Source: Raillietiella orientalis (taxonomy: Eukaryota). Taken from it: DNA of 64,000 bases. Shown here piece by piece: positions 36,201 through 51,200 of this stretch. The stretch spans positions 3,968,001 to 4,032,000 of the forward strand of contig JAYWIR010000001.1 of the NCBI GenBank assembly GCA_036172245.1. The letters run 5' to 3'. Below the pieces are notes generated by a model. It was not told the DNA's origin and ran no database searches. It saw only the letters and a list, made by a program, of their open reading frames with translations. A program made the translations under genes and the position numbers. How positions within the stretch are numbered: position 1 is the first letter of the stretch; each line of letters starts with the position of its first letter.

Positions 36201-39200
36201 CCACAGTAGGTGTCTATGAGGGGGGCCGACTCGTCCAACCCGTCGAACATCTTCACCCGGTCGAAGGGGCAGCTGAAAAGGAGCGCGCCCCGGTGGAGGT
36301 CGACCGTCAGGGCAGCGAAGCAACCTTACTGCTGCCCTCCGGAAAAAACATCGAAGTCTCTGAACTCTATCCTTATCCTCTGTCCCTTTCGACCGATGAA
36401 CTTGTAAAAACACTTGATGTTTTTGGGGTAAACACCAGGGTAAGTGGGTGTCATCAGAGTTCCCCTTCTCTGCTGCTCGCTGTAGATGGTGTATCCACAC
36501 AGGGTGTTGGGCGAAAGGACACCGATGGTGTAGTTGCCTACATCGGAAGAGAGTCGATAGCGTTTGGCAACGAAACGTCTTGAGAAAGCCGAGGCAACAT
36601 GTTCCTTTAGGTGTTTTCACCTCCCCGTCCACTGCCCTATCTTTCAGAATCCACGCGGCTGCTCCGGACAGGGATTTTCTATGAAACGGGTGAAGGCGAG
36701 AGCGGTGTCCGAGAGAGGGCTCGTGGAAAGGAGGGAGGAGCAAGCTCAGAACCCGTCAGCGGGAAGACATCGGAACACGCGCGCAAGCATGTCCACCGTG
36801 CAGGACACTTTGTTTCCTTTGGGGAACCCGAAGAAGGACGCCAAAGAAGGTCTTCGCTGCGTGCGGAAGTGGACGCCGAAGTGGTCGTGAGCCTGATCGC
36901 TCCAGCTGCCCTGGGATTCAATTCAAGCGCGTGCAGATGCCGTTACCACTTTCTGGAGTTTTCATCAAAGCCAGAAGGGAAACGGATTTTCCGAACCCAC
37001 GCTCTTTTTTTTTTGTTTCCTTCAGTCTGGACTGTGGGAGGCAGATGGAGTTTTCGATCGACCCACGGAGATGCCGGAACCGAAAAACGGTTATTTTCTT
37101 CGGAGAGTGGTGGAGTGTCTTTCTCGTGGACTTCTCCATTCCTGTGTCCACATCGGGAGAAGAAGGAAACAGCTCCTGGGTCCATCCCAAGAGGATTGAT
37201 TCTTCCCCTTCCGGTGCTCCCATCGCCTTGTGGTCCTTTCCCACGTCTGGTGTAGGAAGGGGCGCGCGCCCACGACGAGCCCTTAAGATTTTGCCGCCCC
37301 TTCGCATACGCGTGCCGCATTGCGAGCAGAGGAGGGAGTCGTAGCGCTCCCGAGCGGACTCTAAGCCGCCGCGTTCCTCGAAACTCGTGCAGTTCTGGAG
37401 TCCTCCTGGTTAGGAAGGGAGTCCAGGGAGGGCATCAAATGGAGCGCCGTGCGAGCTGTGCGAGGGAGGAACTTTTCTTCCTTCCTCTCCCATGAAGGAT
37501 TCGGCACTCTTCGGAGAGCCGCTGGAGGCGAGGTTTCCACCTATCCTGGAGAGGAAGGGACTCCCGCCAACTCTGCCATGCCACGGGCACATTCCTTCGC
37601 AGCCACCAGTGCAAGCGCTCGTAGAGCGACGCCGCCTCTCGTGGGAAGTTCCCGTTCTGGGGTTGCTTCCCCAGTTCCTTCGCTCACGGGGATCGTCGGC
37701 CGACCCTCAGTTAGAACTGCGAAAGGGAAACCACCACTCACTTTCCAGGCACACAAGCGCTGTTAGGGTTGGGTGTCACTCGAGTCATCAGAAAGGGGAG
37801 GTCCCGTCTTTCCGCAATGACGATGATGATGATGCGAGTGACCTGTTCATGGAGGCTGTTGAGCAGCCGAACGAAAAGGCTTGCTGAGATCTTTGATGCC
37901 GATCTTACGATGGGAGATATAGGAAAATTGTCCAGAACAGAGCAAAGAAACCTGCGAAAGCAGCTGCACAAAGGATCCATCCTCCCATGGTGGCCTTTGG
38001 CTAGATCAGGCATGCCCATAAGGCTGAGGAGCTGCCGAGATCGACTAAAAGTGACCCTCGTCAACGTGCAACCCGCCAGTTTCGTCTCGACAGGCTTCCA
38101 TCTGAGGCCCTTAATCCATGCTAGGGACCCTCGGACAGATGGTAACAAAGTTGAGTGTTGGTGCTGCGTGAGGAAAACAATTCTTTCAGGATGCAGATGC
38201 TGGCAATATTTTGATTCCAACTTCCTCAACAAAATCAAACTGCACCAATAGAATGTGAAAGACACCCCAGTAATGGAGGGGGAAAAATGAAAAAGTGAAA
38301 ACAAAAGCCTAAGGATGAGGGAGACTTCGGGGACAGGCAGTCGACCCAGAGGACCAATAGTGCCGGAGCACCGAAACTATTCGTCATCGCCGTCCATCAG
38401 TGGAAAGTTTTCGAAAAAAGATGGCTTCGGAAGGTTTCAGAAAGAGCCGCTTTCTCTTCCAAGTTTCTTGTGAGCCTGAATTCTGGAGTCAGGAAACTGG
38501 AGAAGACTGCTACAAAAGAACCGGCAACTGCAGTGACATCCTTGCAACTTCCTCTCTGCTTTTCAACCAAGCCGAAGAAACAGTCCATTCATTGAACTCT
38601 TGTTTAGATCCTCTCCTTAGACATACGCATTGTTTCAGGTGTGCAAGAGTTGCACTTTGGTGCCAATTCCTACCTTTCTCTGAGGTGGGGTTGAGAGGGA
38701 AGAAGGAAACGAAACGCATATCGGGCTCAAGGGTAAGAGTGATAAGAGGAACTGAGTACTGACGTGAGGTAACGCTGCAGAGAGTGACCTGCACCTTGTT
38801 TGGAAGAAAAGAGCACACGAGAAGATCAGCCGATGAGGCAGTGGTATCAGTGGAATCATTTTGCAGTGTCTTTTGCAGTGCCCATCTACCTTGAAACATC
38901 AGAGATGCCAAGGTTCCGTAATGAATCAGTCCAGTCAATCCGTAAAGATGGAATGGATGCTGCCAATCCTCATTTGCACTGCAGAACGGAAAAGAAACAA
39001 GATGGATCACGAATGAGGAACCTCCTCTAAGCACCCCCCTCTTGAATCTTCTTTTGCTTTGATGCATTTGCAGGCAACAACGAATTTGTTCCCCGCCGCA
39101 TCAATGCCTATCGATGCAGGTGCTCATGGTAACGAGGCCATCGAGTCTGCTTCCGTGTATGAGGTGTGGAAACTGATTCTTTGGGATTGCCTGATGCGTC

Positions 39201-42200
39201 CCATCAAAGCGCTTAGCGGACGCACCGATCCTTCCTTCCTTTTCCTACAGATTTGAGCAAAGGGCAGATTTCGATCAAGACGAAGCCCTAGGAGCGAAGA
39301 GGGGGGGAAAGAAATGTGCCAAAAAGATGCACATGCTTGCAGCAAGAAATTCCTTTTCTTTCTGAAAATTGGATGGGCAACCAGCTCGTAACCTTTTCTA
39401 ACACGTGGGATGCTCTGGATGCATCCCTCATTTTTGCGTCACACTCCCGAGCTCTGCATCGCGGAAAGATCCACAGTTTCCCAAACCCATTCGTTTCTCT
39501 GCAAGGAGGAGGATGTAGGAAAAAGCTGATCTCGGTGTTTGCGTTGATGCGTCAGGAAGCGTTTAGAAAAAAAAAAATGCAATTCTGAGACGGGATTCTA
39601 TTCCCTTTGGACGAAAGGGAAAAACAGGGGTTTGAAGATAGGAAAACAAAGACCAACGAGGAAATAGTCAGCCATCTGGTGTAGAATGAGATGATCGATT
39701 CAAGATCCAAGACTACCGAGGAACAAGGCTGGAGACGAACATTTGTCTTCAAGGACAGAGCAGTTGCCCTGTCAGCAACTTGATGACTCGCTTCGTCGAG
39801 ACTCAAAAACTGAAGTAAACATCAGGGCAAGTCATCGATCGTCCTGGTTATCGAAGCTGCAGCTTGGCCATGCTTAGAGACATCAATCCAGCTCTTGTTT
39901 CTCTTTCAAACTCTGGAGATGGATGGCCATCAGGGGAGCAAACCTTCAGATCATCTTTCGTTTCTGAGTTGTGTACCTCCCTGAAAGACTGGATTTTCTT
40001 GAAGACCATTGTTTCTTGGCGCGGAGGAAAGCAAGAATCCATCTTGTCGGTGCCTTCTGGTTTCCTGTGAGAGCTTGTTGCCATCCACGGCTGCTATCCG
40101 TGCTTTCGCTCATTTCTGTTTTCAGCATTTCCTCCTGCCCCCGAAATTCCGATCGTGAAACTAATTGCACTCTTTCCCTTTCTGGTAGGTTCCGTAGGTT
40201 TCTCCGATATGCCTCAGATTCGCATGCAGTCCCTTATCTACGTTAACATCCTTCTGGAACGAACGATTTTAAGCGCAGTTCCAGAAAAGGATGAGATCTT
40301 TTCTGATTAAGCGAAGCACCGTGTATCTTCACTTCCCCAAGTGTCACGGGAATTAAATGAGAAGTGCACAGCGTTCAAAGATCTCTGGACCCTTTGGATA
40401 AGTCGGAGGACAGCACTCTGCAGCCTGGGAGGTCAATTGATACGCTCAGCAGGGCACAGAGAGGAGCTTTCAAGAGTTCCTCCCTCCGCTAGGAGCAAGT
40501 GAGGAAGCAACCCTTACACATGACGTCCGTCTCGTTGGCTACAGAGCCACGTGAGAGGAATGGAGAATGGGTCTTCCGAGAAGACGATTGATCACCTCCT
40601 CGAGGAGGTCCTTCCTTCCAAAGAGGCTGGCACCCTGACAGTTCTTGTATGCCTGGCGCAGCGCTAAGGCGCAGCACTCAAAGAGAATCGAAACTTGGAT
40701 GACTCGCACATGCCCTAAGGCATCTATTGGATGACAGAGGTAACCGAAGCGAGAAAGGAGGCAAACTACGGTCGAGAGAAAAGGACGTTCTCTAAGTTCG
40801 ACCGAGGAAAGTGGTGCTCTCTGCACTAGAGGGAGAGAACCAAATCCCTCAAGATCTCAGTGACCTCGCGAGGGAAAGTTCAAGTTGTGAAGAGAAGAGA
40901 CGAGGTCGTACGGCCGGATTTCACGCTTCATCCTGCGTTTCCAGGAGGCTGGAGAGAGACGCGAATGTGCAGTCCAGGCAGGAGATTTCCTGTTCAGCCT
41001 GCTTTTCTGGAAGAGGTGCATCTGGATAGTCGTCACTCGGAAAGGACGAAAGTGACGCGCCTGCGCACCGGGGTACAAGCCGTGTGCTTACTCTCGATGG
41101 AATCGCAAGATTTCCGTAGAAGAAACTGGAAGGGGAGGAATGGCTACTGGGATCGATTTTGGAAGCTTTTTTTTTTTTTGAGTCTCGATCCCGTGGTCGA
41201 TGGTAAAGTGCATTCCGTGACGGAAGAGGAAGAGGGGGCGCTGACTCCGTCTTCTATGTTAATTATCCTCCTGAAGAATCATGTGGTTCCCAACCGTTTA
41301 ATGGACGAGGCTCGACACCGCAGTGCGGCCGCGGCAGTGCTGAAGACAAATGTTGGAGAGACCAGAATATTCACATCGTGATGCACGGAATGAGGCTCGT
41401 CACGCAGAAGAAACGCTGCCAATCAGACGAAACGCAAAAAGCCAGGGCGAAGTTCTTCACGCGCTTTCACGCACGTTGATGAGAGAGACGCGTGGCGTCC
41501 CACGGGAAGCGCAGCATGCAATCCAGATTAAGCAGTGACCGTTCTGGACAAAGGCATCGTTTGAGACGCCGCAAGCTTCTGCAGGGCAAAGACGAAAGGT
41601 CACATGGCTTTTCGTGTGGGAAATGCAGTCTTGGTGGAGCCGATAGCGAAGGTCGGTTGCGAGGGATTCCGTTGCTGAGTGTGCGGTACCATAAAAGCAA
41701 CCAAACACGAGTCGGGTGTGATGGGAGCGGCGAAGCACTTCGAAAAGTGTTACCAAGAAAAAGAAAGGGAAACGTCAGATGTCCGCAGCCGGGCGCGGTG
41801 ATGAATATGAAGATGTCGGATGATGAAGAAACAAGAAGCTGGAGAAGACCAGCGAGTGGAGTAAGAGGAGGAAATTAAGATGAGGACGAAGAGGGGACGG
41901 AGAAAAAGCGAGAGAAGAAGGAAGAAGTGAAAGAAGAGAAGGAGAGGAAGAAAAGTGGAAGAAGAAGTGAAATCCAAAAAAGAGACAAAGAAATTAGTGT
42001 GGACTTTTTTAGATTTTTTTGGAGAGAGGAAAAACTCTATTCTGGAAGTCAGCGGGTGGATTTGTGTTCGACACAGGAAGATTTCATGTCTGAGGAGATC
42101 AAAAGATCGGCTGTCAAAAGACTCCCTATCCCTTTTCGCACCTGCACGCCCGGTGTAGAGGGACCTGCATCCTGCGGACCAAGCGTTATCCCATTCGGTA

Positions 42201-45200
42201 GCTGAAGCCATGAAACACGAACGTGTCGCGCAGGGAAGAAACGGGAAAGGATGGGAAGAAACGCTAACAACCAACGAAGTCAAAGCCGGCTCACATGAAA
42301 GAGTTTCGGGATACCAACAGCACGTTCTACAGATGGATTTTAACTGATGAAACTGAAACTGAGGTCAACCAGGTCGACTTCCCGCGAGCCAAGGCAAATC
42401 CAGAGCAGTCGGGATGATTTAATCAACCTCTGATTAGTGGGAAGGAAACCCTCCTCGTTTCGAAAAGTTCTGGTCTTGTCTGCAGGGGCGGGGTATCTTG
42501 TATACGTCAGCAGCAGTCACGGATGAAAAACACACAGCTCCGCTTCGCGCTTGCACCTAGGAAACAGCGAGCATCCGCGCGCCTAGAAATCGTAGGGAAG
42601 GGCTGTTGTCCTCAGAGCGGTTTATCCTTAAATAGATCGACAACTCGTCGGATGGCTCATTTTAAAACTGCCGCACAGGCGTCCTGCTGCTCCTTTCCGA
42701 TTTTTCAGCAAGCGGAGGGGAGCACCTTCCAAAGGTGCAGAGGACGTCTGGTCGGGGCAGCTGAGACCCGCATCGGGTGGCCGAGGCCTCGGAATGGATC
42801 ACATTCCAACTCGTGGCCGAATGGTTGCATTTCAGAAGGCCCAGATGAGAGGATTCGTTCGCGCTCGCGTCGGGACAGCGGAAACCCCAATTTTCAAGGC
42901 TCAGAAGGGGGGGGGGGGGGAGGGGAGTGAAAAAAAAGGAAAAAAAAAAGAAAAATCGGAGGTGCAAATCGATGCGCTTTCGGGCGAGATGAACCAGCAG
43001 ATATTCCGTTTTCGTTCGAACCGGTTCCCCCAATGCACGCTGGGTTTGCGAATTTCAAGTTTCTTTCCACAGTTGTGATTGCTCCTTCGCCCGTTTCAGC
43101 TCGACCGTTTCCTAGGTGACTGTCCGCATCGCGGGCTTTTTAGGAGCCGCAGCTGGAAGCGCGCCTGCTTCGCTGTGATGTTCTCCCCCCCTTCCCCACC
43201 GCATCTTTGAGGGGTCGCATCTGGGGGCACGCCTGCTACGCCACCCTAGGGTGCGTGTCTCTTCAAGTCATGGGGCATCCCCTGAAGGGGATCACCCTAT
43301 GAATCCAGGAAGGTTCCGAAGGAAGGAGTCCGTTCCCCTCTTACCCTTGGGAGGGAACCCCGAAGGGAACCTCTTCCTCATCCCTCCGGAGCAACCCTCA
43401 GAGGCAGCCACTCCTCATTTCTTCTCCAGAGGGCATCCGCAAAGGATGAGCCTGTTTCTTCCTCTGAAGAGAACCCTGATGCTTTCCAATTTCTCTGGAG
43501 AGCACTTCCCGAAGGGAGCGACTCACTTTTTCACAGTCTGGAGAGGTACTTATCAGCTCCATGGCTCCATCTTCACAACCAGAAGGGAAACTCGAAGGAC
43601 TCCTTGCTTGCTGGAAGGACCCCGGAGGGTCGACTCTTAGTCCCGGCCAGTCAACGGGGGCAACCGGCTTCCACCAGTGCCGCACCCGAAGCCTACAGGC
43701 CAACCAGCGCCATCTTCCCGGCAAGACTCGAAACCCACGATGCACCCCCTGTTTCTCGGTGTGCATCCACCCTTCCCCGGGGGGGATTCTAACCCAAGAC
43801 GTCTGGGTAAGACACGCAAGGACTGCAGCCAACGCGAGCCCCTGCACGACTTTGGAAGGAGGAGGAATTGCACGCCTTTCCAGCAAGCAGCATCACTTTT
43901 CTTCAGAAGAACACGGGAAACTCGCGGAAATCCCAGAACCTCTTTGTAATTTCCTGCATCTCTTTGACAGAAATGACAAAAAGATCGATCTCTCCAGCAA
44001 AACATTCCTTTTTTTTTTTTTTTTGGTCCTCAAACATCCACGTGTGGATTTTTTTTTCTTGCATAGCAATGAACGAAGTGTTTCTTCTGCCTTTGCTGTC
44101 TATTCTTTTGTCTTCTGAGCGCTTCATACTAGGACGCGCTTAAGGGACGAAATCACCTATCATCATTTTAATTCTAATGCTTTTCCTTTGTGGTTATCAT
44201 CCTGTTCTTCTTTCCTACTAACCATGGAACCCATGGTGTTCGTACGCACAAGCGTGCATCCGTGTAGAGTAAATACAGTCCGTTTCCTTTAACTGTCCCG
44301 TGCTGAGGTCCATCAGAAAAGAAATGACACCATCTATCTGCTCCATCGTTACGCTCTGATCGGTGGGAGCACAAGATGTCAATTTTCCGGTCCACCCTGG
44401 CATCTCTCCAAACCTGATGCGCCTCCAAAGCGCCAACGACCGGTGCTGATTCTGCATAATCAATAACTATCGGTATTCTTGGCTTCTTCGCGGGCAGATC
44501 TTGATCGTCCATTCACGGATCAGACCATAATTAATAATTGAGAAAGTGTGCTGGAATTCATCCTTGAACGATCGAATGAAAGGCTAGGAATTTTCCTTTA
44601 GAATCCTCGAAGGACTGGAAAGCAGCACCGGTGCAAACGGATCTCGCGCTTTTTCGTACCTCAGGGAAGATCCTGCTCGGATGCAAAGATGCGGACGTAC
44701 AATCGAATGAATTTAAAGAAATGTTGAAGCATAGAAAAAAAAAAAAAAAAGAAACGTATCGAAAGCCCTGTTTTTTTTCTTTCCATCATTCGATCAGAGG
44801 CGTGAGCCTCCATGAAATCAACATAAAGCGGGACAGTTTTAAAGGCGAAAGATCTCCGCCGAATAGAGAGAGTTATCACAGGAGCAAAGTGTTAAAACCA
44901 AGGAACGCAATCTGCGAGAGATAAAGCCGGAGAGGTGATGATTCGAAAAAACGTCTCTCCGCAACATTAAGTTCAGAAGTGGAAGAGTTGGTCCAGAATT
45001 AGATAAAGTGACAAATGTCCGCGACTTATGAGAATGCTCTGAAGAACAGTAGATGCCGTTCGCCATCCTCCCTCCCCCTGACCGCAGCCGCCTTCCAAAG
45101 AAGTAATCGATGAAGGACAAAAATCTTTGGGAACCGGGGGCGGCGAAAACCCGAGCCACGTCGATTGCTTTGATCGAAAAAGAGGATCTTCCTTGATCAC

Positions 45201-48200
45201 ACATCCTGGATGCTTGCACAAATAAGAAGTGGACAGGTACACCGATGGATTCACGCCGTTGTTTGCATGATCATCTCCGCCCTAATGCAAGATGCGATGG
45301 GGTCTCCGTGCTCTGCTCAAATAAAAGTGTGACATGCGCGGACATGCCCAGAGATCGAGAGATTAGGCTCGGGAAATGGTCCTGGAGAACTCACGTACAC
45401 TTCCAGAGTTTAGACCTTCTTTGAGACCGGATCGGGAAAAGACAATACAAAGATAAACCACGCCATCATGCATTAATCGCGGAGGACGTAATAACCAATG
45501 CTCACGTTATTACGTTAGGAGAATGCCCAGTATCGTCTTTAAAAGATCATATCATGCACAAGAGGGAGGACTGCTTCAGGAGGAAATCAGAAATCCAATT
45601 GATCCGATCTGGTAGCGAGGGCATTAAGAAACTGTTTGCTTTCAGGAAGGAAATCCACTTGTGTTTAGAGACGAGCTCAGCTCTGGTCCTCGATGATGAA
45701 TGAACGATGCCGAGTTTATCAACCAGATCCATCCTTCTTGAGCGCGCTCCGTTTGCAGCGTGAGGCTCAAGTTGCCGCAAGCACGGAGTCTGATTCTCTG
45801 TTCTTTCCGAAGCCTCTTGAGAGGGTGCTCTCCGAAAGACACCTCTGAAATTTCCGAACATGTTGCTGAGAGCATCGTCCGTCGCTGGACCATTGCTTGA
45901 ACGAAGCAATTGATGAACCAGATGAGTTTGAAACGCAGAAGGATATGCCGAGGTTCCCATTTATCCATCGGATGCCTCCACAACATCCACAACATCACGG
46001 AGGATAAGAAAAAAGCGCCCTGGACCTCTTCGGGAGGGTACCTGCGACTGCAAAAGGCCTTCTCTTTAGCGAAAGGATGGCTCTTCGAGAGCCTCCTCTG
46101 GGTCGAATAGATAAAAAAAGAAAAACAAAGATAGGAGACTGGTGAAAACATGGCAATGAACTCAACTGTTCCCTAAAACGGCTGCACTGCGTAACAAATT
46201 TCGCATCCACGGTGGGCGGCTTTTCGGGAAGGAACAAAACTTCCAAAATGGTCCAGGGCTCAGAGACTCGAATTTCCAGCTGAGCCTGCCACTCTATTGC
46301 TCTTGCCAGGAATGTGAAAGCGTGTCTTGCATCAAGCCATGGCTGCTCGACGCGGAGAACTTTCGGAACCTACGATATCAGCCAAGGGGAAAGAAAGGGT
46401 AAAGCAGCAAACAGCCAGCGCATCATCTTGTGCAATCTTGTAATGAGGGGAACTCGATTAAGTTTAGCAGCATCCACAGAAAATCAATACGCGCAGCTAC
46501 GCCGACGTAAAGTCCGTTGAAATGCACTGGTCGCTCCATTTCAATTTCAATCGGAAGTCAGCCGTTGCAAGAGAAGACGGGTTTCCCATCGATCTGCCTG
46601 TGCACGCCACGGCAGGGAGACCTCCGAGACGACTGCTTCTGAAGAGGCAATGCACAAGAGCTTTTGCGTTGTTTTTGAATCTCAAGACGTGGAGGATGTT
46701 CAGTGCACATTGGAGCAACGGAGAGTCGTCAGATTTCCCTTGAGCCCCGTCCTAAAAGACGCTCAAGAGGAACCGACCACAAAACCGAAAAGATGCAGTA
46801 AATGCAGCTGCACTTTTTCCACGTGAGATAATGCATAACATGTTAAAAACACTGAAAGATACACGAAAAAGAGAATGGAATGCGGAATAGTTTGGACAAG
46901 GAACACTCAACAGCAAGACGGATTAGCGGAGAATCTCTTCGACGCAGACTCGGGGTGTTCTCCGTCGCCATCGCGACCCAAGCTGGACGGGCATCGCCCA
47001 ACTAGGGACTGCTCCAATCGTCTGCGTCGGAAGAGCTCAAGGGAAGATAGGTGACTTCCTCAGACAGGTGCGCCAGCAGCCGGGTTGAGATCAAGGAGTG
47101 GCATGAGAAGCCAGTGATTCGATTCAAGAAAGACTCTCTGAGACACTGGGAGTTGGAGGCGCCCAGCCGGGCCTCCCAGGAAACGAACTCAGCGTGGAAT
47201 TGGTATCCATTAGCTCGCTCGTACGAGTGAGCAGCAGCAGCGTTGGAAGAGGCAGGAAGAAAGGAGGGCAAACGCCGAGGACAGACTCCGCCCTACCGGG
47301 AAAGGAAAAACTCCCCAAAATTGCAAGAGAGAAAACAAGTGGAGAAGATGTGGTAGGAATTCACTTCCTCGTGTGCTCTTCTTCTTTTTCGTTGTTGCAT
47401 ATAGGAAAAACTCGAATAAACCCTGAAAATCCAACAGATGCGAAACTTGAAGGTGCGAACAAAGATGCCCGCCATCAGATCAAATGGCTGCACAGGAGGA
47501 GTAGCTGAGCACACGAGGAGGCAAACGGAACTTTCGAGGTCGTCCGGCGAGCGGACCGGCGGAATTGCAGGCATGGCGAATCACGTGAGGCGCAACCCGG
47601 TCGCTCCGCCCGACCCGCTTCCCAGCGACCTTCTCGAAAAGTCTTCGGTGGCCGCCATTGCGCTTGGAGAACTCAAGGCGCTTCCCTACAGGAGGGGAGC
47701 GGCTCCGAGCCATAAACTCGTGAGATTGCATCTGCCATTCAGGAGTCACGACACGTCTCCCGAACGAAAAGGGAAAGTGCTGCTCGAGTGGCGTCACATT
47801 AATCTCGAGGACGACACTCTCATCCTTCTCCAGAGCGTGGAAAAGAAAGGAGTCGTAAGAGGCTCTCCCTAGTCGAAGGAATTCGGAAGGAGGCTGGCGG
47901 CGTTCCCCCCCCCCAGCGGTGGGGGAAGATGAACCGCTGCTTCCAGAGGGGAGCAACTTTGCAATTCAGATTTTCTTAGTGGATCTTGCAAGAAACCTCT
48001 CCAGTCCAAACGCACATTTCCATTGCAGCTGTGGGCGCGGGTTTTAGACACTTATCAACCGGATTTTTCAGGATTATCTGGCGTTGCCAGAGCGACCCCG
48101 GCCCGCTGACTTCACATGGAAGCTCTCACGGATACCCATTAGTCAGTGGAGTTCGAAGCGAACTACCTATCCTTTGAGAGTGATAGGACTAGGCGCCGTA

Positions 48201-51200
48201 GGGAAAACGAGCGGGCGCAGGGAACGTTTTTCCACAAGGAACAGGCGACACCGCGAACTCACTTACTTGCATTCAGGAAGCGGAAGTATCCCTGGAACAC
48301 TTCGGAGGTTGTTGAGTTCATCTGGGAGTTGTACACGATGGCTGCGTGCCTATGCAGGCTAATCCTTCTTCGTGGCGGGATGGTGCCGCAGTAGCGACCT
48401 CCGAAAGGGGAGTAGATTAGGTCGAAGGTCGAGTTGATCTTCTGTATTTCAAAATACAGATCGATGTACTCGAGGTTGCACCTGAACACCCAAGGAGACA
48501 CCAGTCAGGTATGAATGATGAGAGAAAAGTCACGCAGCATGGGCCGTTCGCGGAGGAAGGTCGGGTCCGCAGCCACAGAAGCGCACCATCCCGCGATAAG
48601 GCAGTAAAAAACCTGGAGCGCACACAGTTTCCTCGAGGGTGCTTTCTCTGCTCTGAAGATGCAGCAGAGGCTGCATCTGCAGCAAGCGACGCATGATCTG
48701 GATTCAACAAAGCATGAATTACATTAAATGGGTCACAAGGCACATCCGCAAGCCCGGAAACTTTAGAGGAGGGACAACGTTTGATCCCAACGACTCAGCT
48801 TGCTTGCTCTTTCTTTTTTTTTCGAACAAGTTTCTCCCTCTGGAAAAAAAAAAGGACCAGTGGTCGCTCGCGATCCCTGACTTTCGGAGTTGAGTTTCCT
48901 CACTTTCTCGTTCTACTTCCGGTACCGAGTGCAAGCGTTGCAGGATGCCCCAGCTTCCCTGGACTTTGCATCCGCGGTCCGTGAGAGAGGGACTCCGTGC
49001 TCCCTTGTGCGTTTTTCTTCCGCTACGAGCTCGCGAGGTGATCCACCAACGGGCGCGCGAATGGCAAAGGCCGTTTCCTCCCGTTCGCTACTCGAATCGC
49101 GACTTTGGAGGAAGAGGAGGGAGGGAGGAGGAGGAAAGGAGGAGGAATATTCGCTGCTCGGCACTGGTGAGGGCGAAACGCCTCTCTGGAGGGTGCATTG
49201 GCTTCTGCCCTTTGACGGTGCCACAATGATCGGTTTCCTCAATGCCTCCTCTCTTGATGCTCTACAAGAAGAAGTGGGATGAGGTATAAAACTGCAGGTC
49301 ATTGGGAACACACAGAGAGGATTTCCCCCAAATCATTCTTATTCTGCTCGTTGCTGAGATGAAAAGAGTCTGAACCAAGACGGCTCCACAAAGTTGCATA
49401 GCAAAAGAGAACTTGAGCCCAAGAAAGTGTTCTTGGGCTCCTGCTCTCTTTCTCTCGTTCGAAATAAAAGCTTCTAGAGGAACACGTTTAAGTGAGCAGA
49501 GCATGTGATTTTTCCAAAGCAGAGCTCACTTTAATGAACTTGGTCCAGAAGCTGGGACTTTCAGAAAGGAGTGGGTGGAAAGGAGGAGGAATAGTAGAGG
49601 AGGAGAAAAGCAGAAAGGTTCCTAGGAAACTACCCGGAAGCGGTTCCGCATCGCCTATGAAGTGATCAACATGTTTTCCATAAAGTTCTTGAGAAAGATG
49701 TTAATTTTATCCTGCAAAGGAACATCATCAAGCCGGTAACAGCATGATGGCTACAACAACCATGACAGTAAATCAGCAACACCCTGCAGCCCATGGTAAC
49801 TGCCTTCTGGAGAAATATGCTCACTGAAAGAGAATGCATGCGCTTGACCGTAATTGTCTACAGACAGAAGGAATAGCAATGTCCCCTGAAGGCATCTGTG
49901 AGGGCGAAGATAAGATGTGAGGAATTCGAGGAAAAGCATTGGCGGCAAATTAACACGAGGTTGGCAATCCCAGCCAAAGCCTCCTGGTACGGAGGTCGAA
50001 GAGCTTTTCTTGACTGGGCCCTCGTGGGCGGATTTCAGTCTTTAGAAGTAAAGATGCTATTAAAAATGGAATCTCTCTCTTGGGCAAAACAGGGTAGATC
50101 CTTACTTAAACATTTAGACGGAGTCCTATGCAAGAAGCTGAGAGAAAACCTACTGGTAGGACTTGGCTCTGCGAGAAGAGGTCCGACCTTTCCAGCATCA
50201 TTCAATGCTTTTGTGACAGATTCAAACAAAGGGATGGAGGACTGGTTAATGAACTGTCAGACAGCCTTCAGGAGCAAGTGGAGAATGTGTGGTGGGCAAG
50301 GCGATACGGAAAAGGTTCTGAACCCAAGAGTTTCAGGAGCGGATCCTCCCAGAGCGGCACTTTGGCGCTTTACTCATGTTTGCTCCTCGAAAGATGCTGG
50401 GAACTTCCTCGGAGAAGAGCAAAGAAGCTTCCCTGGGAAACAGAGTGGTGCTGACGGGGGGTGCATCCAGCCGGTCAGGGTAAGAAACGTTTCCTTGCTT
50501 CGTCCTGTGTGGGCGTGCAAGAATGCTTCCCCGCTTTCCCAGAAGATGCCACTATTCGCGCAGATTTGCGGCGATGCTCCGTCCGTCGCCATAGGGAAAC
50601 AATTCTCCAGCATCGCGTGGGTTCTTCGCAATGGGAAGGTCAAGGGCTTCTGATCGCATGTTCAAGGCAACGGACCCTCCTTGCTGGTTTGCCTGATGAC
50701 GTGAGCATTTCCCGCATGCGTGGGTGTAACCGTCCCGGCGTAAGCCGTTTGACAGACGACGTCGCACGAAACTGGGAAGCTGACGCTCCGTGTGAACGCG
50801 CAAGATCCGAGTCTCCTGCATGGATGGATACCCTCCTCCCCCAGTTTTGGCAGTTCCGAAAGCTCAGGGCTCCCTCTGTCGGATACCCCTCCCTGCAAGG
50901 CCGGAGTCGCCGTGCCGTGCCGCACGGATTTTTTCTGAGGATTTCGGCTCCGCACTGCTGCTCTCCCTCCCCCCCTCCCATCCCGGGATCTTCCAATAGG
51001 AACCAGGTCCGCAGTAATTTTTTTTCTTTTTCTTTCTTCCTTCGCGCGGGGAATGGAGGTGGCATTCTCTTTTCTTTCCTTTCCTTTCGAATCCTCCATG
51101 GCTTAGAGACGCAGCTTACGAGTTATTACATTTTAAGAACTGCATCTAGGCTCAGCTGATAAGCAATCTTTCGGCAAAGGAGGGCCAATTGATGAACGCT

